This document shows, one piece after another, positions 23,961 to 38,029 of a DNA stretch of 64,000 bases. The translations under genes and the position numbers were made by a program. Numbering within the stretch: the stretch's first letter is position 1; every line of letters starts with the position of its first letter. The stretch comes from Hemiscyllium ocellatum (Eukaryota): contig NC_083409.1 in the NCBI RefSeq assembly GCF_020745735.1, forward strand, positions 17,566,341-17,630,340, written 5' to 3'. The notes beneath the pieces were generated by a model, which was given only the letters and a program-made list of their open reading frames with translations, was not told the origin of the DNA and made no database searches.

Positions 23961-24485
23961 CTCTTGTTCATTTGGTCTAGATCTGGAAGCCACACCCTTA
24001 CTAATTGTGGGACCAGATTCTGAACAGTCTGTCTCATCCTTCGAGGGCTCCTACTGCCCTGACACTGATTTCCCATCATGCCATTGGTTCCGATCCACTT
24101 TTACCAAAGCACCACACAGTTTAGTAAAATGAAAACTTTTACACTTGCTCCATGGTTCTCCATTTCCATCCCTACTCTCAATCTCACTGAGTTCTGATCA
24201 CTGTCACGAAAATGCTCCCCCATTGACAGCCCTTCCAGCTGCCCAGAAACTGTCCCTTCTCTCTATGCTACTTCACCATCACCTTCTCAGGGGCAATTAG
24301 GGATGGGTAATAAATGTTGGCCCTGCCAGTGACACCCACATCCCAAGAAGCAATGTGAACAATGCTTGGTCATTTGTTGGGTTTATTCTGTATTGACGAC
24401 AAATGTTCAAAAAGATTGTATGGCCAGATTATGGTTGAATTCCCTTCCAGTGGCAGGAATTAAAATTGTTTCTCTTGTCTTTCAG

Positions 24486-24814
24486 GCCGTGAGAACTCTC
24501 AGCCCAAGCTGACCCTGCTGCCCCCCTCCCCGGAGCAGGTCAATGCCAAGGGCACTGCCACCCTGGTGTGCCTTGCCAATCACTTCTATCCCGATGAGCT
24601 GGAGGTGCAGTGGAAGAAGGACGGTGCAGTCATTTCGGACGGGGTTCAGACCAGCAACTACCTGCGAGCTTCGGACAGCACCTACAGTGTCAGCAGCCTG
24701 CTGACCCTCTCTGGGTCTGACTGGGAGTCCGACGCTCGCTTCTCCTGTGCCCTCACCCACGTGACCCTCCCCTCACCCCTCAGCAAGAGCATCAGGAGAT
24801 CAGAATGTGTGTAG
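24486..24814 (+). CDS. NS5: Ig light chain constant exon, intact
   Basis: Acceptor TTGTCTTTCAG|GC, then RENSQPKLTLLPPSPEQVNAKGTATLVCLANHFYPDELEVQWKKDGAVISDGVQTSNYLRASDSTYSVSSLLTLSGSDWESDARFSCALTHVTLPSPLSKSIRRSECV*. This is a C1-set domain with both Cys, FYP, W and the penultimate inter-chain Cys. Confidence 0.96.
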
Positions 24815-25310
24815 AGTGTTGGAGACAGTCCACAGAGGAGACACAACTTTAAATAGAACAGGGCTGAGCTGGCAGGACAAAGGTCATTGTCAGCACTGAA
24901 TTTCAACTCTCTTCCTTCTCAGGATTGCTCAGAGAAACTTCTGAGGTTTGGATATTAAAGCAGGTCATCGCGACAGTGTCAAGAGAGCTTTACACTGTGT
25001 CAAACCCCATGCTGTCCTTGTCCTGGGAATGTTTGATGGGGACAGGATTGCCTTGTTATGTTAGCTGCACAAAACAATGTGAACCTCAGAAGTCTCTGCT
25101 TCAGTAAACCAGATCTCCTTCCTGCTCAGCTGCCAGTTCCAGTTTAAGGTTTTGTCACTGTTTAAAGGGACAGGATTCTCATGTTATTGAGAAAATCTCT
25201 CCAAGTGTTTTCCTCAATCTCCATTGTGGCTATGAATTTGAGCAGCTTCCTCTGTCTTGGCTGTTAATTGCAGTTGTTTCTTTTTCTGTCAATGTGAATG
25301 TGGAAAAGGG

Positions 25311-25316
25311 AATAAA
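25311..25316 (+). terminator. Polyadenylation signal of the light-chain transcript
   Basis: AATAAA about 500 nt after the stop codon, followed by a GT-rich downstream element (GTGTGCTTTGG). It is conserved in the inverted paralogous UTR. Confidence 0.8.
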
Positions 25317-25818
25317 GGTGAAAATTCAGTCTCTGTCTCCGTGTGCTTTGGAAATAACTGACTTTCTCCTCCCCCCATCTCTCAGTTGATTGGCTGTATT
25401 TCAGCAGGTCATTGTCACAATTGGTTACTTGGCCTGTCAATCAATTACAATCATCAATCATCAATCATTTTCAAATGATCCCTTTAATCAGGAATTTATG
25501 TAGATTCCAAAAAGAACAGAAACTGAAAGTTGTTGGGACTCAGTAAGTGCAATCTGATGCATTCCCTCTTCACTCTGTTGGTACATGCCCAGCTGATGGG
25601 ATCGAACTGTGCAATCTCTGCTGCATGTCGGATAGCCCCTGAAATAATCTTCGGCCAATCACAGACATTGTTGGCTGTGTGCCTCTCTGAGTGTGAGTGT
25701 TTAACTCAATACTGCCTGTAGATGTCTCTCTGAGTGTGGCTGTGTTACTCAGAGACACACCACAGACAGCGCTCAGTAACACACCCACATTCGGTGAGAC
25801 ACCGATCCGCAGCATGGA

Positions 25819-26031
25819 GTGTGAGTGTGTTACTCTGTGCTGCCTGAAGGTGTCTCTCTCAATGTGAGTGTGTTACTCTGTGCTGCCTGTAGGTGTCTCT
25901 CTCAGTGTGAGTGTGTTACTCTGTGCTGCCTGTAGGTGTCTCTCTCAGTGTGAGTGTGTTACTCTGTGCTGCCTGTAGGTGTCTCTCTCAGTGTGAGTGT
26001 GTTACTCTGTGCTGCCTGTAGGTGTCTCTCT
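25819..26031 (+). repeat. 43-bp minisatellite, about 5 near-identical units
   Basis: GTGTGAGTGTGTTACTCTGTGCTGCCTGTAGGTGTCTCTCTCA at 25819, 25862, 25905, 25948 and 25991, with degenerate units at about 25685-25750. Confidence 0.92.
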
Positions 26032-27729
26032 GAGGTCTGTGTCTCCGAGCGATGGATTGAGAATGGGCTTTGTGCTGGGGATTGAAGATTTGGCTTTAAT
26101 CTTCTCAAATCATGAGTGAAAAACAGCTCAGCTGATTCAGTCTGAGAGGCAGCTCATTCAGATGGCCAAAGTTAAAAAACACACAACACCAGATAATAGT
26201 CAACAGGTTTATTTGGAAGTAAAAGCATTCGGAGTGCTGCCCCTTCATTAGGTAGCTGGAAGGGCAGGATCATTGGGCACAGAATTTATAGCAAATTCAG
26301 ATAGCAGCTGAAAAAGGTGAATACTGAGAGTGTATTCTCAGGAAGGGAGAGATTTCAGAGGCAGTGGGCACTGTGCTCCCAAATGTGTTGATCAATTCCG
26401 AGGAGATTTTTTGAATCCAGGGCCAGAGGAGTTGTGGCTGCCTGCCCAGCCAATGCTGGCTCCCCATAGTCATATTTCAGTGGTTAATTAACCCAAAACT
26501 AGGTGCAGCAATATTACCTTCCAGGGAGGGGAGCTGTCTGAGGGAGGGAGGTTGAATTCATACAGCCCCAAGAGAGGTTGTGGTGGATTAATGACAGGTA
26601 TGACCACCATGAAGGTGCCACCTTCTCTCCCCCTGCTACAGCTGTGTTGACCCTTAGGTTAAAAGTGTGACTGCTCTGGGATAATGACCACATTCCTGGG
26701 TGATGGAGGGAAGGCCAACCTCTCCCAAAGGCAGCACAGGCTGGATTGAAGGTGAAACAAGAGTAAGCATGGGGAGATTGAGGGTGACAGAAGGAGGGGG
26801 TTGGTTGGCAGGTTGTTATTCAGAGTCAGGTACCAGAGTTTCAGTCCTTCTGACACTCCTCTTTTTTCTTTTTTTCTTCTTTTTTTCTTACTTACATGTG
26901 GAGAGTCCTTGACACTGATCCAGCTCCCTCAGAGCCAGCTCTCAGAATGTTCAGAACCCCTAACATGCCTGTTTTATTTCACCCCCACACTGCCGCCGAA
27001 TGCAGGGGAGCTTATTTTTTTCCCCAGCACCCATGGTGTGTGTGTGTGTAGGTGTGAGACACAGTGAGAGACACAAAGCGCCCGAATCTTTATTCAATTT
27101 CCACCACCAGGAAGATAGGAAAACACCCGCGTGGCCAGTGACAAGCAGTGCACTTCACATCAAAGGGCAATGTTGTGTGATCAAACAGTGAAGGGGAGGG
27201 CAGGGATTAAGACACTCCTCTTTTTATCTGTCCGCCAGGACTCCTTGATTGGACAAAGTTAACTGTCCCTGTCAGGGAACTCATATTTTATCAAAAAGAA
27301 TAAACCATTTATTGAACAAGGAGCCCAAGAGCTAAACGACACGAGACAAAATGAATGGTTTGAAATATTTCATCATGGGCACCACAAATAAGATTTGGGG
27401 AAGAATGTTTTCACTCAGCGGGTGGTGGGAAGGCCGTTTGGCCCAACAAGTCCACACTTATCCTTGGAAGAGTAACCCACCCAAGACCCAATCTCCTATC
27501 CCATTACTCTACTTTTGCCCTGACTAATGAACCTAACCTACACATCCCTGATCACTATGGGCAACATAGCACAGCCAATTCACTTAACCTGCATGTCTTT
27601 AGAATGTGGGAGGAAACCAGAGCACCCAGAGGAAACCTACGCAGACATTTGGAGAATGTACACACTCCACACAGACATTTGCCTGAGGCTGGAATTGAAC
27701 CTGGGTCAAAACACTCAGACTGGCCTTGA

Positions 27730-30340
27730 CTTCGCTCCAACCTCTGCCTACAATTCAGGCCCCTCCCACTCTGCAACCAAGACTCAGACTGCATTTCCCA
27801 CAGTCACCCTGAGTCCAACTGCCTACCTGCAGCCAGCCAGCACACTCGCTCTCCCTCCTCACCCATCCACCCCCTCAATGCACCCTATCCCTCCACTTCT
27901 CCCTCTTCACCTCATCCCCACCTTCCCACTCCCCCACCTCACTCCACAGCCCACCTCCGCCCCAATCTCCTTTCTCTCCAACACCCATTCCCCCGTGCTA
28001 CACCACAACCAACCCTCACCCACTGCATGCCATCACCCTTCCCCCCTCCCCTCCTTCAGCCAACTTGGGCCCCCCCCCCGAAAACCTCAACCCTGAGCTT
28101 TGCCCCATATTTACTATACCGCCCTGACCTCAAACTGTCTGAGGCCAAAAGATCCATCCTCAGGAAAGGGCTCACAGTCATTCCCGCCCGACCCCACCTC
28201 AATGAAACCCACACCCACCACCACGTGGAGCTCTTCTTCCGCCGCCTCTACCTTCGTATCTTCTTCTTTAACAAAAACTCCCAAACTCCCTCTGAGGAAC
28301 CCTCCTCCCATCTCCAACCTTACTCCTACATTTGGTCACCCTCCCCCCCACACCCCCCACCACCAGCCGTGTACACACTCGAGACCTCTTCATTGCTGAC
28401 TGTTGATGTGCCATCACCCGCCTGGATTTCTCCCCCCACCCATTCCAACCACACCCCCTCTGATCGAGCACTCCACTCTCTCTGTGCCAACCCCTGTTTC
28501 ACCAACAAACCCGCTGACAAATGTGGGGTGGTGTTAGTCTGGAGAACAGACCTAAAAGTCACAGAGGCCGAACCCCAACTCTTAGACACCACGTTCTACC
28601 TCCCCCTTGCCCATAACCCCGCTGTGACCCATCAGGCCAAAATCACTCACACTGTCAGTGACCTCATTGCCTCCAGTGATCTCCCCTCCACTGTCTCTCA
28701 TAGTCCCTCAGCCCTGCATTGCCCAGTTCTCCCTGCTCCCCAAAATCCACAAGCCCAACTACCTGGTTGACCCATCGTCTCAGCATGCCCCTGCCCCACC
28801 GAACTCCTCTCATCCTACCTCAACTCTCCTCCTTGGTTCAGGCACTGCCCACCTACATCGGCTACACCAACCATGCCTTCCATCTCTTCAGTAACCTCCA
28901 GTTCCTCAGCCCTAAGTGCTTTATCTCCATGATGGATGTGCAGTCCTTACATATGTCCATACCCCACAAGGATGGCCTCCAGGCCCAACACCTTTCCCAC
29001 TGCCACAGACCCATCCAATCCCGGTCCACCAATACCCTCCTCCGCCTTGTCAAACTGGTCCAGGGGGTGGCCATGGGCACCCGGTTGACCAGTCCCTCTT
29101 CAGTGACTATACAGGCACTGTGCCATTACATCAGTGACTATATCGGTGCAGCATCCTGCATCCAGGCTGAACTGGAGCAGTTCATTGACTTTCCCCACAA
29201 CTTCCACCCTGTCCTCTACTTCACTTCATCCATCTCAGACACCTCCCTACCTTTTCTTCACCTCTCCATTTCCAATTCTGGCGATAATCTTCAAACAGGC
29301 AGTTAATACACACCCACTGACTCCCAATCCTACCTGGGCTACACCTTCTCCCAACCAGTCTCCTGCAAGAACTCCATCCCATTCTCCCAATTCCTCTGCC
29401 TCCACTCCATCTGCTCGGATGAGGAGACATTTCGCTGATCACAGATGTCCACCTCTTATGAACAACATGCTTTTCCTCCTTCTGTCATCCTTCTGTCATC
29501 CACTGCACTACCTCCATTTCCCGTTCCATTGCTCTGAACCCACCCCCCTCCAAACACAATAAACTCAGAGTCCCCATTGTCCTCAACTATTACCAATCCC
29601 TGTACCAATTAACGCATCATCCTTAAACGCTTCCACCAACTAGGTAGGATTCGGTCGGCGCAACATCGAGGGCCGAAGGGCCTGTACTGCGCTGTATCCT
29701 TCTATGTTCTATGTTCTAACTCCAACTAGACTGACCACCAAGAACATCTTCCTCTCCCCACCCCTGGCTGCCTTCCACAAGGACTGTTGCCTTTGACAAT
29801 TTCGTGGTTTGTGCCACTTGCCCACCTACCCTCCTGAACACCCAGGAACCTTCCCCTGCAACGCAAAAAGATGCAAAGCCTGCTGTTACACCAATCCTTC
29901 CCCTCCATCCAGGGCCCCAAACAGTCCTTCCAGGTGAGACATTGCCTTTCCTCCAAACTATTTCACTGCATCAGGTGCCCACGATATGGTCTTCTCTATA
30001 TTGGGAAGACAAAATATAATCTTAGGGAATGTTTCACCGAGCATCTCAGCCAGGCTAGCAGGGGCCGACCAGACCTCTCAGTCCCCGCCCATTTCAATTC
30101 CCCTTCCCATTCCCTTTCCGACATGACCATCATCAGCCTCCTCCATTGCCACAATGAACCAAACCACAAATTGGAGGAACAATACCTCATCTTCCATCTG
30201 GGCAGCCTACAGCCCAGATGACTCAACATTAAGTTCTCCAATTTCAAATAACCACTCTTCCCTTCCCCTGACTCCTTTCCCAGCCCCTCTCCCTCCCTTC
30301 CACTCCTGCCTGCCACCTACCAGATTCATTCCTCCCATTG
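27730..30340 (+). mobile_element. Degenerate near-full-length Penelope-like element (RT + GIY-YIG)
   Basis: LSEAKRSILRKGL, KPADKCGVV, LLPKIHKP, MDVQSL..SIPH, QGVAMGT and CPRYGLLYIGKT...FTEH. It contains a 78-nt CR1 tail insert (29644-29721) with TSD CCAACTAG. Confidence 0.88.
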
Positions 30341-32599
30341 ACCAGGAGAAAGTGAGGTCTGCAGATGCTGGAGATCAGAGCTGAAAATGTGTTGCTGAAA
30401 AAGCGCAGCAGGTCAGGCAGCATCCAGGGAACAGGAGATTTGACGTTTCGGACATAAGCCCTTCTTCAGGAAAGGCTCCATCTACCTGTCATCACCTATC
30501 CCCACTTCATCATCCTGTCCCCACTACCCCCTTTATCTGCTTCCTCTACACCTAACCTCATTCCTGAAGAAGGGTTACACCCAAAACATCACCTGATGCT
30601 GCCTGCCTTGCTGTGTTCTTCCAACCTCCTGCCTGTCACTGAATGGAACCAGAAAAGGTTTAGACAATCAAGTATCAGGGCCATCAACAAATGGGAATGG
30701 GACACACTACAGACAGATGCATTGAGACAGTCAATCACAAAGAGAAGACCAAACTGGAAATGAACCACTAATACACAGTGGACGGAATTTAATGTCAGAA
30801 AGTGTGAGACCATACACTTGGGTCAGAATAACCTAAAGGCAGACTATTATTTAAATAGTGAGAGATTCCAACAAAGTGCAGTACAGAGTGATCAGGGTAG
30901 TATTGTGCATGAAACACAGACAGTTAGTGCAGGAGCAGCAAGGAATCGAGAAGGCAAATGGAATTTTCACCTTTATTGTCTGGGGGTTGAAATTTAAAAA
31001 CAGAGAAATCCTATTAAAACTATCGAGGGTGTTAGTGAGTCTGCATTTGGAGTATTGTTTGCAATTTTGGTCCCTGTATTTAAGAAAGGATGGACAGCTA
31101 TTGGAGGCTTCCTCCTGCTCCTATTTCCCATGTCCTTGTGTGCTCCAGTGTCCTTCCCTCACAGCAGAGCTGGTTGGAGCCTGCCTGCAGTAGCAGCCTC
31201 CAGTCTCTGGGTGGTGCTGTGAAAAGATCTGCCTTGCCCAGGCAGTCACAGTTCCCACATCACAACAATGTCTGGTTTTTGGAAGTATTCCATTGACTGT
31301 GAAACATTTCCAAACATCCCAAGTTCAAGAAACGTATAGCATAAATATAATTCTGTCTCCTTTTATATTTTATCTCCATGTCTCCCAGCTGTCGCCTGAC
31401 AACATCACACACTTGTGTAAAATCTAGAATGAATCATGAACCTCTGGGAGAACTTTATCTATGACAACACTGGGATTAATGACCACCTCCTGAGTGGGAT
31501 TTGAGGGTGAAAGTCAACAGCAGTCTCACTGGGACTTGATCTGGGTTATCTTGGTCGTGATCCAGTCAGTCAGTGTTTTTGTCTGGGTCCAGATAGTACA
31601 GACCAACCTCGGACCCTGTAATCTGATTGAAGTGAAGGGTTGGCTGTGCTGGGTTTTCACACATGGCTCACACACATAGTGAAGCAGGGATTACGCATTT
31701 CATGAGAGTAAATGGAACTAACAAACTGGTTGGTTGTGACATCCCCAACCTGTCCTCAAGAGAGTGGGGACAGGAACAGTAATATTCTCAGACAGAAAGG
31801 GTGGTAAAAATGATATCCTGCAAGGAGAGCGGAGACAGGAAAAGCGACGCTCCGCAGAGACAGGCGAACAGTAACTGTCTGCTCCCCACTTTCTTGTTGT
31901 GACATATGCCCTTGGGAAATGGGTTTGGTTTTTATTTTCTCAATTGTATTTAGGTTTGCCGAGGTGATTCGGGAACAAGGATTCCAATTCAATATTTTGT
32001 GTAGCAGCAGATCTACTAAAGGTCATGGTTTCATTTGGAGTTTGCCCAGGATTCTGTCCAGGCTGATACAGCATGATTTACTAGGGTTGCTCCTATTGGG
32101 CTAAACCATCACACACGAGGGAATCTGACAGGCACTTTCTCTTTGTGCTGGCAAAGGGAGAGATTTGCTTTTACTGCAATGGTGGCCAAAGAAATGAGTC
32201 AGTGGAGGTAGTTCCAGCTGAATACAATGTTCTGATGTTCATGATGGGATTAACCTCAACAGTTCCCACTTGCCTTTACCCCGACAGTGGAACAGGAAGT
32301 CACCACGCAGTGATCTCCTGGCTCACACTGAGAAACCAAGTTGATGGTATAACTGCAGAGAGCAAGACAATGGCTTGGACTCACGGAACAACCAGAAGCT
32401 TCAACCAACAATTGGGTCACAGGCAAATGGAGTGTTGTATAAACTCTCAGTATCTCGGGAACAAACACAACTGCTGAGCTACAAAACCGAACAGAATATT
32501 GTTACAACAAATTGTCATTCCAAAAGTAAAATACAAACACAATATGCATAAAACCTGACTAATTTCAGAGACTACAACATTTTCTTTGAAAGTTGGATG

Positions 32600-35500
32600 A
32601 TAATGAGATGAGAATTCAAACAGCTACCCATTCCGTCACACAGTGTTGAAGTTGCACTGTCGTCATCATTACAAGCTTCTTAATACATGAAAGGGGAGAG
32701 AACCATTGCAAACTGTATTACCACGAGTCGGGATCCATTAAAAACTAAGACCATGATATTAAATGCTCCCAGCCAGACGCAAAACTGACGCATTCACATC
32801 ATTGGAATGTTAAATGATATTAAAAAATCTGCCAACCACTTTCATGAAGATGGAGTATTTAAATCTCAAGAGGCATTGATGACTTTTTTTTCAGTTCTAT
32901 GCAAGGAAGCAGCAGAGATATGAACTCCAACAAACTAATGATAACAGGCATTGAATACAGAGCAGGTTCCTGAGAGAAAAAAAACAGCAGAGATCTGTCC
33001 AATGCTAGGAATATTTTAGACCAGACACCTTGTTGCCAGCAAGTTACTGCAACTTGAAAATTCAAGTACGATCAGAAAGAGAAAAAGGACAATGTGCAGA
33101 TTGTTGAACAGGCCCCTACACCTGGGCCTGAGGCAGGAGCCCAAGCTCCAACACACTGCCTCACTTCACACCAACCTTCACACAGTGCGGGGTCATGAAC
33201 TCCGGCCATCAATCCCTCTGGGACTGGGACGGAGTGAGGGAACAGGGATAATTGTAGAAGATTCAATAAGGAGTAAAGCAAGATGGAGAGGGTGTGTTTG
33301 GAAAGGGGTTAGAGGAGAAAATATACTTTGTGCCACTCAGTACTGACATCATCTACGTGTTTCACAGAATGAACAAAACAGCACACTGTGAAGACAAACA
33401 AAAGTCACATCAAATTACTTTTCTTATCACATGGGACATTTTCATTGTGGTGCTTCTGAAACTGTACACTCTCTCTATGGGTCTCTGCAGATTGAGCCTG
33501 TCAGCTCCAAGCAGAGTCCCACTTTACGTTTTACTGATCAGGGACAGTGAAGCAGCTGCCCTCTAGTGGCGAGAGAGAGCTTGCACGGCTGCTGAGGATT
33601 ATGGGTAAAGTCCCCTTCCATTCGCGCCCACACAAACCAGCAGCTACTTCAGCTGCTTTATTGAAAACCACAAGCTTTCAAGGCGCTGTTCTTTCAACGG
33701 TGGAACTGGGCACACGATCAAATGAGTTAGGGGCAGATGAAGGAGATTCATCCTCTTGAGCCTGCTCCCCATGGCTGACCTGATTATTCCACATTCTTGC
33801 CTTACTCTGATAGATTCTTGAAAGCAATGGCTATCTACTTCTTCACTACAAGCATTCAGAGGTTTCATTTCTATGTTTGAAGGAGAGTTCCAAAGATCTA
33901 TGACCTTATGCAAGAAGAAGAAAAACCTGCTTATCTTGGTCTTAAATGAGGGAACTTATTTTAGTTTTATATTCTCCCTGTAAAGGAAGCATTCTTTTCA
34001 CATCCACACTGTATTCTATGTTCATGTTGATATGGCATCTGCTTTTAATCAGCTGTTCTGTTATGAGAATAGCTGCCTATCCTGCCACCTTCAGTAACTG
34101 ATGCACATAAACATCCAGGTCCTACTGCCCCTACACCCACCCATATTTGTACTCTTTAGTTTGTTTGTCTCTCCAAGTTTTCCTTGCAAAATGTTTCTAC
34201 AGCCATCTGCTCATTCCATTAACTTACCTACATGTTTTTCGAAGTTCGAAGCTAATTTCTTCAGCAGCTGTAATACATCCAAGTTTCATACCATCAGCAA
34301 ATTTTGAAATTATGCCTTGTGCACTCAGGTTAACATTTATTTAACTATTTTAAGTACTTTTAAAAAAAAATCTTACAACCTATTTTAAATCAAACCTAAA
34401 ATGTATTGCCCATCTCTAGTTGCTCGGACTGAGTTCTGAGCCAGATCATGGGGCCGTTAAGAATGAATCACGTCACTGTGTGGGACTGGAGTCACAGACC
34501 GGGTGATGACTGGGTTCCCTTGTCCAAACCACATTCATGAACATGACATTGAGTTTCATTGTTTTGTTTTTGTTCAGATCCCAGCACCTTCCTTCCCAGA
34601 TATTACATGGCTCACCACCGTCCTCTCGGACAATTAAGGAAGGGCAACAAATAGCAGCCATTTTTGTGCCCGCCCATCCCAGGAGAAATCAAAATAAATT
34701 AGGTACACTTCAAATAATCAAACTGGTGAGGCTTGAATTCATCTCTTTGAGAGACTGTAGGCTAGGCTAAAAGTAGAGCCATGACACGGGTGACCCTGGT
34801 TTGTCAGACTGAAAGGTGGAGTGTCCTTCAGATTGACACTGGGATCAGGCACAAAATGAATTACACTCAAAGACCGAACAAACGGCTATCAAACTGCAGA
34901 GAACAGTAATTTATCCAAGGGAACACAACAGGTATCAGTGGGTGTAAGAGCATTAGGCAGGCAAGTGTCAGATCTTGTTGAATACACCAGAAACACAGTC
35001 ACTCATTAAGAGAAGCAGGGAAATGGGAATAATTGAAATCTCTGCTGAGAGATGGAAGGGGTTTTCTCGGTTGTAACGCCTCTGAGAACGATAAAACTTG
35101 AAGGGTCGTTTATATCATAAACAACATTGCAGCGTGGTGAACTGCTGCCTTCCTGAACCCGCTGCAGCCATGTGCTGTAGGTAGACCCAGAATGCCCCGA
35201 GGGAGAGAATCCCCTGATTTTAACCCAGTGACAGTGAAGGAACAGGGATATATTTCTAAGTCAGGTTTGGGGAAAATCTTACAGCTGGCAGTGTTCCCAT
35301 GTGTGTACTATTTTAAAAGATGTTAATAACCTGAAAAAGAGGAATAATAAAGGGAAAGTAATGCTAGAAAGCATTCGACTGGATGGTGATGGATTAATTA
35401 TTGCGGTGACTTTTTGGGCAGAGTTGGCTGTTCTTGTCCAGCAGCAACATTCTCCATGGTAACGCCTCATTGCATTCCAAAAGAAGACATTTAAACCTCA

Positions 35501-36565
35501 AAACTCTGACCTCACTCAAAGGCAGTGCTAATTATTGACAGATTTTATGATGTTTTTAAAAGAAGTTTCAGCCTTGGCTAAGTTTATAGAACTCCTTCCA
35601 TTGAGTCAGAAAGGTTTGGCTTCAGTTCACTCTAAGGTGGGTCAACAACTATCTCATCCATCAGTGACAGAACTGCTGGGAAGTTCCTTTTGGCTCCTGG
35701 GGAGGTCCGCAGTTGGGAGCGAGCAGAGCAATGCTTGTTGGAGACAAGGCTATCACTGGAGACCTTGGCTTATTATGGAAGCCCAGACTAAATGCAACTA
35801 AAGGCAGGTGTGGGTCACGGGAGAGGTGGCAGTTTAACATGAGGACATCATCTGAAGCTCGGTCCCTTGATTGGACACATTGTGGGAAAGCCAAGCTGAT
35901 TTAATCCTTGAGCTGCCATATAATCAGGATAGATTCAGGAATTTAGGGGTCAATTGGTTCCTCAGTCTAGTTGATATCGTCTGATGGTGGCTGAGAATTC
36001 CAGTTCACTACTTCTGTCCTGATATTCATTGGGAGAAATTTTAGCTGCCATTGGGGATATTGAAATCGGCTACTTGAGTGATTAAATGTGCCTGGAGTCA
36101 TGTTTCCAACTGTATTAAATCTGGGTCAAAGTGTAAGCATCAAACCTGATATTTTGTTTGCAAAACTGAGAGAAGATGTGCAGGTTAGGTGGTTGGCTGT
36201 GCTAAATTACTCATTATGCCCAAGAGATGTGCAGGCTAGCAAATGGAAAATGCAGGGTTACAGGGATAGGGTAGGGGATGTGTGGGTCTGGGTGGAATGG
36301 TCTTCAAAGTGTCGATGTGTACTTGATTGGCCTCCTTCCACACGGAAAGAATTCCTCGATTCTATAATTGTATGAAGGCTAGAACAGGATCTCGACAGTG
36401 GAGGGAGAGTATTCTGATGTTCAAAAAATCATAAACAAAGAAACACAGTAAATGTAGATTTACCATCAGCGCTGACAAACTAAAAGGCAAAATGACACAT
36501 TCTCCAGTCATATACCAGGTACAGAAAGGAGATCAGGAAAAATATTTTGATGCAGTTATTTGAAT
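32600..36565 (+). repeat. Old inverted duplication, left arm
   Basis: Blocks 32605-33450, 34400-34720, 34930-35145 and 36420-36565 match 45610-42860 (interrupted), 42610-42290, 42090-41890 and 41610-41460 on the opposite strand, in collinear order. Confidence 0.85.
33554..33572 (-). promoter_or_regulatory. Candidate CTCF-binding site
   Basis: The minus strand reads TCGCCACTAGAGGGCAGCT, matching the vertebrate CTCF core CCA(C/G)(C/T)AG(A/G)(G/T)GGC(A/G). Confidence 0.6.
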
Positions 36566-38029
36566 TTAATGATTATAAACTGAGTGCTCTGTTCAAAAAA
36601 GTACAGAATTACTTTTTAGGATTTCAACAGGTCTGAAGCAAAAGAGGAAATCAGGATCAGTCAGTTCAGAATACAGAATTTGAGTGAGACAAAACCCTTC
36701 TTGCGAAAGCGTTTCATTTTGCCTTGCTTTCTCTCCATGGATGCCGCATGACCCGCTGGGATCTTCAGTCTACATGGTATTTGCCTTTGCTGTGCTATTT
36801 CTTGCAAATTGTCCTGATGTGTGCAAGACAGAATCTTTGACAAAATGTGCCTTTTTTCAGCAATATTCAAATTCAGATCAGTTTGAAGAGAAAGCAGGGC
36901 CATGGAATCATCTTTCTCTGCAGGGAGGGACGGAGTGTGTGTGGAATCTCCCATGGGCACGGTTCTCCTGGCTGCCATCACATCAGGAAGGCTGGAGCTT
37001 GATGATTGAGCTGAATGGACAGGGCTCACTCTCACAGTCCTCAGGGCCATGGAGCCTCTTGTAATGGGAGCATCTGCTTGGTGTTGGGGCAGGCAATGAC
37101 ATTGCAGTGGGATTGGAAATGGGACAACTCGACACTGGATGCTGCACAATGGCTGCACTGACTCTTCCTCTCTGCCTGATCCCTTCAGGAGTGAACGTGG
37201 ATGTACAGAATAGCTGAACACCTTGGTTTTTGAAGAAGGCATGTGCAATGGAACATTATTCTCCAGCTGACTGTCACCAGCTTGGTGCTAGAAAAGGTTC
37301 CTTTATTCATTGAGCTGAGAGCCTTGCTCCTGACCCAGCAGATTGCTGTTGTGTGGAGTTTCAGGAGATAAAGTGAGGCTGAGGAGGGAGTGAATGAGCA
37401 AGTGAGTAAATCTGCTTCTCAAATTTCCCAGCAACATTGAGAACTCAGGGTTAAGACACAAAGGAGGAAGGATGAAGAGTTGAAGAAAGATTTCACACAG
37501 ACAATATGCATGAGTGGGTATAGAGAAAAAAACTAATTAATTCTTTTGAAATTACAAAATTAGAGGCTGGATTAGGCCACTCAATCCTTCAGGACTTATC
37601 CACCAATAAATAGGACCATGGCTGATGTGAATTTGCTTCCAGCACCACATTCCCATCCATCACACCTCCCTGATGTGTCACCATTTTCTTCAACTCAGTC
37701 TCCAATCCAAACACCCTAAGTGGGAATTGTTGCAGTTTCATACGTTCACAACAGATGTATTTACACTGAATCACTTTACTTTAGTAAAGAAATACATATC
37801 CCGCTTACAAACAAAATACATCCATTCCTTGGTGATACCAGTAATTGCCTTCAGTATCTGAATTAAAGTTTTCGTGCTTTCCATTTATTGACCTTCCCGA
37901 ATGGGGGTGTCCCGGAGCAGTACAAGACGACATGAGGATATAGACGGGCTGGGAGGGTCAGATGGGCTGATCAGTAACAAGTGGAATTCTTTCCAATAAA
38001 TGTGAGTCAGTGGACTGAGCTCTCCCTGA

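Noticed and set aside
24482-24906. Minus-strand ORFs overlapping the C exon
   Set aside because: They are shadow frames of a GC-rich coding exon, with no independent support.
25819-26031. CRISPR-like array
   Set aside because: The units are contiguous with no unique spacers, the context is eukaryotic, and there are no cas genes.
27157-27165. TCF/LEF site ACATCAAAG as a 3' enhancer element
   Set aside because: It lies in a block repeated at 40870-41070 that may be a dispersed repeat, and a single short motif is not enough evidence.
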